Source of the DNA: Alistipes sp.
GTDB lineage: Bacteria > Bacteroidota > Bacteroidia > Bacteroidales > Rikenellaceae
NCBI GenBank assembly: GCA_017546975.1
Contig: JAFYRL010000009.1
Span: forward strand, 5,384 to 69,383
Direction: 5' to 3'
DNA: 64,000 nt
Positions 18,949 to 28,748 of this stretch are shown in pieces. The notes below the pieces were generated by a model. The model worked only from the letters and a program-made list of their open reading frames with translations, searched no databases and had not been told where the DNA came from. Both the position numbers and the translations under genes were made by a program. How positions within the stretch are numbered: the first letter of the stretch is position 1; each line of letters starts with the position of its first letter.

Positions 18949-20088
18949 ATGAGAAGAATCTTTATCGATGAGCTAAGGTTGATACTATCGGATAGCGGAG
19001 CTATGCTTATCATCCTCTTTGCTATGCTTATTTATACAACAATCTACTCCTTTGCCTATGGCGCAGAGGTAGTCAATAGTATAGATATTGCCGTGGTGGA
19101 TGAGGATAAGACGCCATCGAGTAGATCGCTTATTGAGGGCTTACGCTCGGGACCTAATACAAGGGTGGGGTATGAGCCACAATCTATGGCGGAGGCTAAG
19201 GAGTTGCTATTTAGGCGTGAGGTATATGGTGTGGTCCTTGTTCCGCATGGCTTTGAGCGTGGATTGCTCTCCTCGGAGGGAACTACCATAAGTCTTATTC
19301 TTGACGGTAGTCATCTCTTGTTATATAGTAGACTCTATGAGCAGGCGCTTACTGATGCACTCACACAAGGCGCGAATGTCGAGGCTGAGTACCTTGTGGC
19401 TATGGGAGTAGATGATATTGCGGCTATGGGTGTTATTCAGCCCGTGAAGCTCTCTAAGCAGGTGTTGTATAACCCCTCGCTTGGCTATGGTTCCTTTGTT
19501 ATGCCCTCTATTGTCGTGGTTATCATCCAGCAGACACTTCTTATAGGTGTTGCTATGGTGGCTATGCGTAGACCGAGAAAGCAACTTCTAACATGGAGTG
19601 AGAGTGCAAAGAGGGTGCTTACTATATCTCTTGTATATGTGCTAATCTATGCTCTTACTTTAGTTGTGGTTATGCTCACCATCTGGCAAGTATTTGGCTT
19701 CCCGATGAATGGCAAACTCATAAATATTATACTCATTATGGCTCTCTATATCTTTGCTTCGGCATCGCTTGCGCAGTCCTTGTCGCATCTCTTTAAGCGC
19801 CGTGAAGCTCCTATAATGATGCTGCTATGGAGCTCTGTGCCGATACTCCTGCTTGCGGGTGTGAGCTACCCTCGTGAGGCCTTTGCAGGCTGGTTGTATG
19901 ATATGGGAAGATTGTTGCCAAGTAGTAGTGCAGTGGATGCTTTTATACGCTTAAACTCCATGGGGGCGCCCCTCTATGATGTGTATACTGAGTTATATAC
20001 GCTCTTAATTCTTGCATTTTTATACACATTGATTGCAATTATTTCAGAAAAGCGTGGCTCTATTACTAAAAATAGTGGCGTAGAGTAG
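18949..20088 (+). CDS. ABC-2 type permease (YbhR-like)
   Basis: IAVVDEDKTPSSR, LYNPSLGYGSFVMP, LAGVSYP. Confidence 0.9.
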   Translation: MRRIFIDELRLILSDSGAMLIILFAMLIYTTIYSFAYGAEVVNSIDIAVVDEDKTPSSRSLIEGLRSGPNTRVGYEPQSMAEAKELLFRREVYGVVLVPHGFERGLLSSEGTTISLILDGSHLLLYSRLYEQALTDALTQGANVEAEYLVAMGVDDIAAMGVIQPVKLSKQVLYNPSLGYGSFVMPSIVVVIIQQTLLIGVAMVAMRRPRKQLLTWSESAKRVLTISLVYVLIYALTLVVVMLTIWQVFGFPMNGKLINIILIMALYIFASASLAQSLSHLFKRREAPIMMLLWSSVPILLLAGVSYPREAFAGWLYDMGRLLPSSSAVDAFIRLNSMGAPLYDVYTELYTLLILAFLYTLIAIISEKRGSITKNSGVE

Positions 20089-20183
20089 TGTATTTATGGA
20101 AAATTATTGTAACTTGCTATCACTTTTTGGCAGCTAAGGCTGTCGTGTAACCTAATAAATTAACCTATAAACAAATTACAGCT

Positions 20184-21293
20184 ATGATTATTGGCGTACC
20201 TAAGGAGATTAAGAATAATGAGAACCGCGTGGCGTTGACACCTGCGGGTGCTATGGAGCTTATTCGTCGTGGTCATGAGGTCTATGTGCAGTCTACTGCT
20301 GGAGTGAATAGTGGCTTTAAGGATGAGGATTATGTTAAGCAGGGTGCAAAGATTCTTCCTACAATTGAGGATGTGTACGCTATTGCTGAGATGATTGTTA
20401 AGGTTAAAGAGCCTATCGCCCCAGAGTATAAACTTGTGCGCAAAGGTCAACTTGTCTTTACATACTTCCACTTCGCAAGTAGTGAGCCGCTTACTAAGGC
20501 TATGATTGAGAGTGGTGCTATATGCTGTGCATACGAGACTGTGGAGCGTAAGGACCGCTCATTGCCACTGCTTATCCCTATGTCGGAGGTGGCAGGTCGT
20601 ATGTCTACACAGGAGGGTCGTTACTTCCTTGAGAAGCCACGCGGCGGTAAGGGTAAACTTCTTGGTGGTGTTCCTGGTGTTAAGCCTGCTAAGGTATTTG
20701 TTATCGGTGCTGGCGTTGTGGGTACTGCTGCTGCACGCACCGCAGCGGGTACAGGTGCTGATGTAACTATCTGCGATATCTCACTACAGCGCCTTACATA
20801 CCTTGCCGATGTTATGCCTAAGAATGTTAAGACATTGATGTCTTCGGAGTACAATATCCGTGAGGAGCTTAAGACTGCCGACCTTGTTATCGGTTCGGTG
20901 CTTATTCCAGGTGCTAAGGCTCCGAAGCTCGTGACACGCGATATGCTTAAGGATATGGAACCAGGTACTGTTATGGTGGATGTGGCTATTGATCAGGGTG
21001 GTTGCTTCGAGACCTCACACCCAACAACACATGAGGATCCTGTATACTATGTCGACGGTATCTTGCACTACTGCGTTGCTAACATTCCTGGTGCTGTGCC
21101 TTATACCTCTACATTGGCGCTTACAAACGCAACTATGCCTTATATCCTCCAGCTTGCAGGTAAGGGTTGGCAGCAGGCATGCCACGATAATGAGGAGTTG
21201 CGCAAGGGTCTAAATATCGTCGAGGGTAAGGTCGTCTATAAGCCTGTAGCTGAGGCTTGGGGACTACCATACGAGGAGCTTGAGCTAAACTAA
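20184..21293 (+). CDS. ald: alanine dehydrogenase
   Basis: MIIGVPKEIKNNENRV, VKVKEP, PMSEVAGR, DVAIDQGG. Confidence 0.98.
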   Translation: MIIGVPKEIKNNENRVALTPAGAMELIRRGHEVYVQSTAGVNSGFKDEDYVKQGAKILPTIEDVYAIAEMIVKVKEPIAPEYKLVRKGQLVFTYFHFASSEPLTKAMIESGAICCAYETVERKDRSLPLLIPMSEVAGRMSTQEGRYFLEKPRGGKGKLLGGVPGVKPAKVFVIGAGVVGTAAARTAAGTGADVTICDISLQRLTYLADVMPKNVKTLMSSEYNIREELKTADLVIGSVLIPGAKAPKLVTRDMLKDMEPGTVMVDVAIDQGGCFETSHPTTHEDPVYYVDGILHYCVANIPGAVPYTSTLALTNATMPYILQLAGKGWQQACHDNEELRKGLNIVEGKVVYKPVAEAWGLPYEELELN

Positions 21294-21465
21294 TTTGTAA
21301 ATAGTAATACTCAAAGACTTGCTTTTTTTTGAGTGGGTGCTTTGGGGATTTATGGGTAGTATGGGTATGGCGGGTAGTAGTCTAATGTCGCTCGTGCATA
21401 CCCATAATACTCGCTTTGTCCACTTTAGCTATATTAGCAACCGACTGCGCTAATATTATCTCATT

Positions 21466-21513
21466 AAGGAACATTCGGAACGGGGTTAATACCTTGTTCC
21501 GATGTTCTTTTTT
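21466..21513 (+). terminator. intrinsic terminator upstream of the suf promoter
   Basis: GGAACATTCGGAACGGGG/CCTTGTTCCGATGTTCT stem followed by a T run. Confidence 0.65.
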
Positions 21514-21563
21514 GTTCCTTCTGGTCGGCTTATCTATTTAACTCTATTAAATCCTTATTACTC

Positions 21564-21595
21564 ATTGCAAAGTTTGCTTTTTTTTTCTATCTTTG
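21564..21595 (+). promoter_or_regulatory. sigma-A promoter for the suf operon
   Basis: ATTG, 20-nt spacer, TATCTTTG. Confidence 0.65.
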
Positions 21596-21614
21596 CACGC
21601 TATTATATAAAAAG

Positions 21615-23060
21615 ATGGAAAAGAGTACAAAAGATATAATTCAAGAACTTGAGTCTAAGGACTATGAGTATGGTTTCGTGACAGATATCGAGACCGATAT
21701 CATAGCGCGTGGCCTTTCGGAGAAGGTGGTAAGACTTATCTCCGAGAAGAAGGGTGAGCCAGAGTGGATGTTGGAGCGTCGATTGAAGGCGTATCGTCAT
21801 TGGTTAACCCTTGAGCACCCTAAGTGGGCGCATCTCGATATTCCTGAGATTGACTTCCAGGATGTTATTTACTATGCTGCACCTAAGCAGAAGCCTAAGC
21901 TTAACTCTATGGACGAGGTAGACCCAGAGCTAAAGCGTACATTTGATAAGCTTGGTATTCCTCTTGAGGAGCAGATGGCCTTGGCGGGTGTTGCTGTGGA
22001 TGCTGTAATGGACTCGGTGTCTGTTAAGACTACATTCCGTGATACACTTGCTGAGAAGGGTATTATCTTCTGCTCAATCTCCGAGGCTATCAAGGAGTAT
22101 CCAGAGCTTATTAAGAAGTATCTCGGTTCGGTAGTGCCATACACCGATAATTTCTATGCTGCGCTTAACGCTGCGGTATTCTCGGACGGTTCATTCTGCT
22201 ATATCCCTAAGGGTGTGCGTTGCCCGATGGAGCTATCTACATACTTCCGTATCAATGCCGAAGGTACAGGTCAGTTTGAGCGTACCCTTATCGTGGCTGA
22301 CGAGGGCTCATATGTGAGCTACTTGGAGGGTTGTACAGCACCACGCCGCGATGAGAACCAGCTACATGCTGCAGTGGTGGAGATTGTTGTAGAGAAGGAT
22401 GCCGATGTTAAGTATTCAACAGTGCAGAACTGGTACCCAGGCGATAAGGAGGGTAAGGGCGGTATCTATAACTTCGTTACCAAGCGTGGTATTTGCCGCG
22501 AGGGTGCCCACCTATCGTGGACACAGGTTGAGACAGTCTCGGCAATAACATGGAAGTACCCAAGCTGTGTGCTTGCAGGCGATAACTCATCGGGAGAGTT
22601 CTACTCTGTGGCTATGACTAACAACTATCAGCAGGCAGATACAGGTACAAAGATGATACACCTCGGAAAGAATACCCGCTCACGCATCGTGTCAAAGGGT
22701 ATCTCTGCAGGTCGCTCACAGAATGCTTATCGTGGCTTGGTGCGTGTGGCTAAGGGTGCGGATAATGCTCGCAACTACTCACAGTGTGACTCGTTGCTTA
22801 TTGGAGATAAGTGTGGCGCTCACACCTTCCCTGTTGTTGACTCCTATAATCCTACAGCCGTTTTGGAGCATGAGGCTACGACCTCTAAGATATCAGAGGA
22901 TCAGCTCTTCTACTGCAATCAGCGTGGACTATCTACGGAGGATGCCGTAGGTCTAATCGTGAATGGATATGCCCGCGAGGTGTTGGCAAAGTTGCCTATG
23001 GAGTTTGCTGTGGAGGCGCAGAAGCTACTATCTCTATCGCTCGAGGGAAGCGTAGGATAG
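21615..23060 (+). CDS. sufB: Fe-S cluster assembly protein SufB
   Basis: [41 protein letters not shown]. Confidence 0.98.
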   Translation: MEKSTKDIIQELESKDYEYGFVTDIETDIIARGLSEKVVRLISEKKGEPEWMLERRLKAYRHWLTLEHPKWAHLDIPEIDFQDVIYYAAPKQKPKLNSMDEVDPELKRTFDKLGIPLEEQMALAGVAVDAVMDSVSVKTTFRDTLAEKGIIFCSISEAIKEYPELIKKYLGSVVPYTDNFYAALNAAVFSDGSFCYIPKGVRCPMELSTYFRINAEGTGQFERTLIVADEGSYVSYLEGCTAPRRDENQLHAAVVEIVVEKDADVKYSTVQNWYPGDKEGKGGIYNFVTKRGICREGAHLSWTQVETVSAITWKYPSCVLAGDNSSGEFYSVAMTNNYQQADTGTKMIHLGKNTRSRIVSKGISAGRSQNAYRGLVRVAKGADNARNYSQCDSLLIGDKCGAHTFPVVDSYNPTAVLEHEATTSKISEDQLFYCNQRGLSTEDAVGLIVNGYAREVLAKLPMEFAVEAQKLLSLSLEGSVG

Positions 23061-23108
23061 GATATAATTAGCAGTGAGTAATAAGTAATAAAATAAAGAA
23101 CTACATAT

Positions 23109-23864
23109 ATGTTAAAAGTTGAAAATCTACACGCCTCAGTTGGCGATAAGCAGATTTTGAAGGGTATAAACCTCACCGTTAAGGCGGGTGAGGTACACGC
23201 TATAATGGGTCCTAACGGCTCAGGTAAGTCTACACTTGCTTCGGTATTGGCAGGTAACGAGAAGTTTACCGTAACGGAGGGTAGTGTTGAGTTTGAGGGC
23301 GAGAACCTCCTTGACCTAAATATCGAGGAGCGCTCACGCAAGGGTATCTTCCTCGGTTTCCAGTACCCTGTAGAGATACCAGGTGTTACCATGGCCAACT
23401 TTATGAAGTTAGCTGTAAATGAGCAGCGTAAGTCGCGCGGCTTGGAGCCTTTGACTGCAGCTGAGTACCTCAAGCTCATGAAGGAGAAGAGTGCTATTGT
23501 GGAGCTCGACTCGAAACTTACACAGCGTGCTGTAAACGAGGGCTTCTCAGGTGGTGAGAAGAAGAAGAACGAGATCTTCCAGATGGCGATGCTTAACCCT
23601 AAACTCGCTATTCTTGATGAGACTGACTCAGGTCTTGATATTGACGCTTTGCGTATCGTGGCTACAGGTGTTACACGCCTTAAGACTCCAGAGAACGCAA
23701 CTGTGGTTATTACACACTACCAGCGTTTGTTGGACTATATCGTGCCAGACTATGTTCATGTGTTGTATAAGGGCCGTATCATTTATACAGGCGATAAGAG
23801 CCTCGCTCTTAAGCTTGAGAAGGAGGGCTACGACTGGCTTATCAACGACTATAAGGAGGAGTAG
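23109..23864 (+). CDS. sufC: Fe-S cluster assembly ATPase SufC
   Basis: MGPNGSGKS, FQYPVEIPGV, GFSGGEKK, LDETDSGLDIDAL. Confidence 0.98.
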   Translation: MLKVENLHASVGDKQILKGINLTVKAGEVHAIMGPNGSGKSTLASVLAGNEKFTVTEGSVEFEGENLLDLNIEERSRKGIFLGFQYPVEIPGVTMANFMKLAVNEQRKSRGLEPLTAAEYLKLMKEKSAIVELDSKLTQRAVNEGFSGGEKKKNEIFQMAMLNPKLAILDETDSGLDIDALRIVATGVTRLKTPENATVVITHYQRLLDYIVPDYVHVLYKGRIIYTGDKSLALKLEKEGYDWLINDYKEE

Positions 23865-23867
23865 GCT

Positions 23868-24674
23868 ATGGTTTACCAGCGAATTAAGGAGCTTATCGCA
23901 GCAAAGTCTTTACCCGCAGAGGGCCGCATAACTAATGGCGGCTGGTATATCGGCGAGTATGGCGATTGTGATATTGTCATTGCAGCAGGTAGCAAGGCTA
24001 CGCTTGTTGTAGCAGATGGCGAGGGCTCATCAGATATAAATATCGATGTGGAGCAAGGTGCTGAGTTGCGTCTTCTTCACCTTGTAACACGCCACAGCGC
24101 CATGAATATATCTATTGCAGTGGCTGGCGATGCTATTTGCAAGATGACCCAAGTGATTGTGTCATCCTCAGATACGCGTGTTGTTACAAGCCTTGTAGAG
24201 CCTGGTGCTGAGTTTGATATGGGAGGTGTATTTCTCCTTTCTGACGATGATAAGGCGAGTGTCACTGCCGATGTTAATCACATGGCATCGGATTGCCGTT
24301 CACACACACAGATCAAGGGCGTGGCTACAGGTAAGTCGCATGGTAGCTTCGCGGGCTTGGTATATGTAGCCCCTGATGCTCAGCGCACCGACTCTGTTCA
24401 GTCGAGCAGAAACATCACTGTTGGTGAGGCACGCATTGAGACTATGCCTCAGTTGGAGATATATGCCGACGATGTTAAGTGTAGCCATGGCGCTACGGTC
24501 GGTCAGATGAATGACGATGCTATCCTCTATATGCGTCAGCGTGGCTTGAGCCTTACAGATGCTAAGCGTCTACAGATTGAGGGTTTTGTAGATGATGTCG
24601 TGCTACACTCTGTTGTGGAGGGTAGCGAGGAGGCTCTCGCAGTACTCTTAGCAGAGAAACTAACTAAATTGTAG
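23868..24674 (+). CDS. sufD: SufD (short form)
   Basis: PQLEIYADDVKCSHGATVGQ, LYMRQRG; operon position. Confidence 0.9.
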   Translation: MVYQRIKELIAAKSLPAEGRITNGGWYIGEYGDCDIVIAAGSKATLVVADGEGSSDINIDVEQGAELRLLHLVTRHSAMNISIAVAGDAICKMTQVIVSSSDTRVVTSLVEPGAEFDMGGVFLLSDDDKASVTADVNHMASDCRSHTQIKGVATGKSHGSFAGLVYVAPDAQRTDSVQSSRNITVGEARIETMPQLEIYADDVKCSHGATVGQMNDDAILYMRQRGLSLTDAKRLQIEGFVDDVVLHSVVEGSEEALAVLLAEKLTKL

Positions 24675-24678
24675 TCTT

Positions 24679-25899
24679 ATGGGTTACGATGTTCTCGCCA
24701 TACGCCGCGACTTCCCAATTTTGGAGCAGGAGGTAAACAAGCGTAAGTTGGTCTACTTTGATAGCGGAGCTACAGCACAGAAGCCTCTCCAGGTTATCGA
24801 GTGCATGGATACCCTTATGCGTAAGTATAATGCCAATATCCACCGCGGTGTGCACCACCTTTCTGGTGTTATGACCGAGATGTACGAGGAGGCACGCGAG
24901 CGAGTAAGAAGATTTATTGGTGCAGAGTACCGCGAGGAGGTTATCTTTACCTCTGGTGCTACAGCATCTCTAAACCTTGTAGCTTATGCGTGGAGCGAGA
25001 AGTTCCTACATGAGGGGGATAATATCGTGGTCTCAGAGATGGAGCACCACTCGAATATTGTACCTTGGCAGTTGGCATGTGAGCGTAAGGGTGCAACATT
25101 GAGGGTCTTACCCTTTGATGAGAAGGGTGCTCTTAGAGTAGATATGCTCGATGAATTGGTAGATAGCCGCACTAAGTTGGTAGCTGTCACAGAGGCATCC
25201 AACACCCTTGGTACATGTCCTGATTTAGAGCTAATCATCACTAAGGCTCACTCTGTGGGTGCTGTGGTTATGGTTGACGGCTGTCAGGGTATTGTTCATG
25301 GTGGTGGTAGGGTGGCTGAGCGTGGCTACGACTTCTACGCCTTCTCAGGCCATAAGCTATATGGTCCTACGGGTATTGGTGTGTTGTATGGTCGTAAGGA
25401 GTTGTTGGAGGCTATGCCACCATTTATGGGTGGTGGCGATATGGTCGATAAGGTTACCTTCGCAAAGACTACATACGCCCCTCTACCACTCAAGTTCGAG
25501 GCTGGAACATCCAACTTTATCGGAGCGGTGGGTTTGGCTAAGGCTATGGAGTATATCGCGAGCATCGGCATGGATGCTATCGAGACTCACGAAGCGATGA
25601 TACTAAGGGCGATGACCGAGAGACTATCACAAATTGAGGGACTTCGTATATATGGTACTACGGAGAGTAAGTGCCCTATAGTATCCTTTACAATAGAGGG
25701 TACACACCCCTATGATGTAGGTATGATTCTCGATAAGCTCGGTATAGCTATCCGCACAGGTCACCATTGTGCTGAGCCTGTGATGACACACTACGGCGTT
25801 ACTGGCATGTGCCGCGCCTCGATAGGTATGTACAACACCTTGGAGGAGGTTGAGTTATTGGCCAAAGGTATAGAGCGAGCAGTAGCGATGCTAAAATAA
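24679..25899 (+). CDS. sufS: cysteine desulfurase SufS
   Basis: DSGATAQKP, ANIHRG, EHHSNIVPW, FSGHKLYGP, RTGHHCAEP. Confidence 0.96.
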   Translation: MGYDVLAIRRDFPILEQEVNKRKLVYFDSGATAQKPLQVIECMDTLMRKYNANIHRGVHHLSGVMTEMYEEARERVRRFIGAEYREEVIFTSGATASLNLVAYAWSEKFLHEGDNIVVSEMEHHSNIVPWQLACERKGATLRVLPFDEKGALRVDMLDELVDSRTKLVAVTEASNTLGTCPDLELIITKAHSVGAVVMVDGCQGIVHGGGRVAERGYDFYAFSGHKLYGPTGIGVLYGRKELLEAMPPFMGGGDMVDKVTFAKTTYAPLPLKFEAGTSNFIGAVGLAKAMEYIASIGMDAIETHEAMILRAMTERLSQIEGLRIYGTTESKCPIVSFTIEGTHPYDVGMILDKLGIAIRTGHHCAEPVMTHYGVTGMCRASIGMYNTLEEVELLAKGIERAVAMLK

Positions 25900-25930
25900 T
25901 ACTACTAAATTACTAAATACTTAATTATAT

Positions 25931-26608
25931 ATGTTCATTGTCCTTGAGGGCTTGGATGGCGCAGGTAAGTCTACACAGATTACCAAGCTAAGAGATATGT
26001 TTCGTAGCAACGGCATAGAGTCGGAGTATCTACACTTTCCTCGCTTCGATGCACCAGTATATGGCGAGTTGATTGCTCGCTTCTTGCGTGGCGATTTAGG
26101 TACTGTAGAGAGTGTAAATCCATACCTTGTTGCGCTGTTGTATGCGGGAGATAGAGCAGATGCAGCAGCAACCATCAGCAAGTGGCTTGAGGAGGGTAAA
26201 GTGGTAATTGTAGATAGATATGTCTACTCCAATATCGGTTATCAGTGTGCAAAGATTGCCGATAAGGAGGCACGCACAACACTCCGAGAGTGGATACTTC
26301 ATACCGAGTATAAGGAGTTTGGTATCCCTAAACCAGATGTGTCGCTATTTCTCGATGTGCCATTCGCCTTTACCGAGCGTAAACTTACCGAGGTGCGCGA
26401 GGGTGAGGATAGGGAGTACCTCCAGGGTGGTAAGGATATCCATGAGGCATCGCTCGACCTACAGCGCCGCGTGAGAGAGGTTTACCTTGAGTCAGCTGCT
26501 GCATCTGAGGACCTACATGTCGTAAACTGCTCAAATGAGGAGGGTGGCATGGCCACACCTGAGGAGATTTTTGAGCGTATCATGGAGCGTGTTGCTCCAC
26601 TAATCTAA
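25931..26608 (+). CDS. tmk: thymidylate kinase
   Basis: FIVLEGLDGAGKSTQ, FPR, VDRYVYS, PD..LFLDV. Confidence 0.93.
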   Translation: MFIVLEGLDGAGKSTQITKLRDMFRSNGIESEYLHFPRFDAPVYGELIARFLRGDLGTVESVNPYLVALLYAGDRADAAATISKWLEEGKVVIVDRYVYSNIGYQCAKIADKEARTTLREWILHTEYKEFGIPKPDVSLFLDVPFAFTERKLTEVREGEDREYLQGGKDIHEASLDLQRRVREVYLESAAASEDLHVVNCSNEEGGMATPEEIFERIMERVAPLI

Positions 26609-26614
26609 CCATAG

Positions 26615-27676
26615 ATGTCACGCTACCGAGATATAATATTTGCCCTTATGCGTTGGGCTCTTGGTGCACTATTTATATTCTCCGGTGCGGTCAAGTGCGT
26701 AGATCCTATCGGTACATCTATTTTCGTTGATAAATATTTAGCCACCTACTCGCTTGGGTGGCTTATGTCTTTTTCCGAGACTCTTGCTGTTGGACTCTCA
26801 GTCGTGGAGTTTAGTCTCGGTGTTCTTCTTGTATCGGGACTATGGCGTAGGTTTACCGCACTCATTACAGTTATAGTATTACTTCTGTTTAGTATACTTA
26901 CACTGTTAAGTGCTACGGTGTTACCTATAGGTGATTGTGGATGCTTTGGTGATGCTCTAAAGCTATCGCCATGGGCTACATTCCTCAAAAATATCATCAT
27001 GCTACCTATGGCTATTACACTTTGGCGCGGTAGTGATGGGTGCGATAAGTTAAGGGTTAGAGAGTTTGTTACTCTCTTAGTTACGATGTGCGTACCATTG
27101 GCCGTAAACATATATGCTCTTAGGCATCTACCGTTGGTGGATTTTCTCCCATATAAGGTAGGTACAGAACTTCGAGAGGCTATCGCCATGGAGCAGTGTG
27201 CCACTCGTCAGGTGTTACGCTTTAGAAGCGCTACATCAGGTGCGATTGTAGAGTTTGACGCATTGGATACATCATGCTGGAGAGATAGTGATTTGCAGTT
27301 TGTGGAATCAGCATTGATATCAGAGCAGGGTGCTGAGTTCAAATATAGCGACTTCCACCTATATAATATATACGGCGAGGATGTAACTTCAGAAATTCTT
27401 AATCATACAGGTCGCATTGCATTGCTATGCGTTAACGATAACTCTAATATTGAAGCCTCTCATCTTCGAGGAATTGCAAAACTCTATGATGCATATCCAG
27501 CGGAGGCTATATATATTCTAAGCTCTGAGGGTATTACTTTTGCGGAGTTATCGTCACAATCTACACAACTATATATTGACGCCATGACTCTACGCTCAAT
27601 CATCAGAGCTGATGTCGGCGTTGTTATCCTCTCGGAGGGCGTCGTTGAGTTCAAAGCCAATATCACAGATATATAA
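26615..27676 (+). CDS. DoxX/MauE-family membrane protein (BT_3928-like)
   Basis: FIFSGAVKCVDPIG, DCGCFGDALKLSPW, HLPLVDFLPYKVG. Confidence 0.85.
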   Translation: MSRYRDIIFALMRWALGALFIFSGAVKCVDPIGTSIFVDKYLATYSLGWLMSFSETLAVGLSVVEFSLGVLLVSGLWRRFTALITVIVLLLFSILTLLSATVLPIGDCGCFGDALKLSPWATFLKNIIMLPMAITLWRGSDGCDKLRVREFVTLLVTMCVPLAVNIYALRHLPLVDFLPYKVGTELREAIAMEQCATRQVLRFRSATSGAIVEFDALDTSCWRDSDLQFVESALISEQGAEFKYSDFHLYNIYGEDVTSEILNHTGRIALLCVNDNSNIEASHLRGIAKLYDAYPAEAIYILSSEGITFAELSSQSTQLYIDAMTLRSIIRADVGVVILSEGVVEFKANITDI

Positions 27677-27681
27677 TCAAG

Positions 27682-27696
27682 TGGCAAGATAATTGC
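27682..27696 (+). promoter_or_regulatory. sigma-54-like -24/-12 box for the RND operon
   Basis: TGGCAAGATAATTGC (exact GG-N10-GC), 26 bp before the ATG. Confidence 0.55.
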
Positions 27697-27722
27697 CTCA
27701 CTACGCATAAAATCTTTGTTAT

Positions 27723-28748
27723 ATGCGTAGATGCCTCTGTTTAGTCCTTATTGTTATGATGTCATGCTCAGGTAGGCATGATAGCCATGAGCGTAGACCC
27801 AAGCCTGTGAAGAGCGTTGTGGCACAATCCGTGAAGTATGTGACACGCGATTTTGCAGCACTCTCCACAGCCGATGATGCTGTAACGCTTGCCTTTAAGC
27901 TCTCAGGGCGTGTTGTGGATGTACCAGTGGCTAAGGGTATGCATGTGGCAAAAGAACAAACCTTAGCAGAACTTGATAGTCGTGATATACAGCTTCAGGT
28001 CGAGGCATTGCGTTCTGCATATAACGAGGTGAAATCTCGCCTAAAGAGAGCACACCGATTATTGGAGTATAACGCAATATCAACACAAGAGGTGGAGAGC
28101 TTGGAGAGCAGCTTGGCGCAGGCCGAGTCGGCATATAATAACGCCTTGGATATGCTTGCCGATAGTCGTATAGTCGCTCCATTTGATGGTGTTGTCGAGA
28201 GAGTATATGTAGATACCTACGAGCGTGTATCATCTGGCCAGGCTATAGTGCGTATTGTGCGTCCACGAAGTACAAGTGTAGGTTTTACTGCACCTGAGTA
28301 CCTACTTAGCGCACTTGAAAATCCCACTACAAAATATTCCGTGTTATTTGACGCATATAAGGGCGTGGAGTTCAATGCAGTAATGAAGAGCTTTGCCCGC
28401 ACATCATCGGATGCTCTTGGCTTTCCCGTATCACTGCGCCTTACCGATGTGGATACTCTGCACTATGATATATCTCCAGGTATGACCTGTATAGCTAAGA
28501 TCGCTATCCTTGAGAGCGATAGCACAGCTGTATCATTACCCCTTACAGCAATATACGCACCTATAGCCGATGAGGATTATGTATGGGTTATTGGTGATGA
28601 CAACCATGTAGAGATGCGCAGGGTACGACTCGGTGAACTTACGGGAAATAGTAGTGTAGTAGTATTGGAAGGTATAACACCTGGTGAGAGGGTTGTATCT
28701 GCAGGTGTATACCATCTAAGTAATGGCGAGAAAGTGAGGCTATTATGA
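27723..28748 (+). CDS. RND efflux periplasmic adaptor (lipoprotein)
   Basis: Lipobox MSC, LAFKLSGRV, IVAPFDGVV, GERVVSAG. Confidence 0.93.
   Translation: MRRCLCLVLIVMMSCSGRHDSHERRPKPVKSVVAQSVKYVTRDFAALSTADDAVTLAFKLSGRVVDVPVAKGMHVAKEQTLAELDSRDIQLQVEALRSAYNEVKSRLKRAHRLLEYNAISTQEVESLESSLAQAESAYNNALDMLADSRIVAPFDGVVERVYVDTYERVSSGQAIVRIVRPRSTSVGFTAPEYLLSALENPTTKYSVLFDAYKGVEFNAVMKSFARTSSDALGFPVSLRLTDVDTLHYDISPGMTCIAKIAILESDSTAVSLPLTAIYAPIADEDYVWVIGDDNHVEMRRVRLGELTGNSSVVVLEGITPGERVVSAGVYHLSNGEKVRLL

Noticed and set aside
21330-21430. 6S or SRP RNA in the ald-sufB gap
   Set aside because: Hairpin too short for 6S, and no SRP CAGG...GGAA...AGCA motif.
20184-25899. Functional link between ald and SufS, which releases alanine
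   Set aside because: Separated by terminators and a separate promoter; adjacency alone is not evidence.
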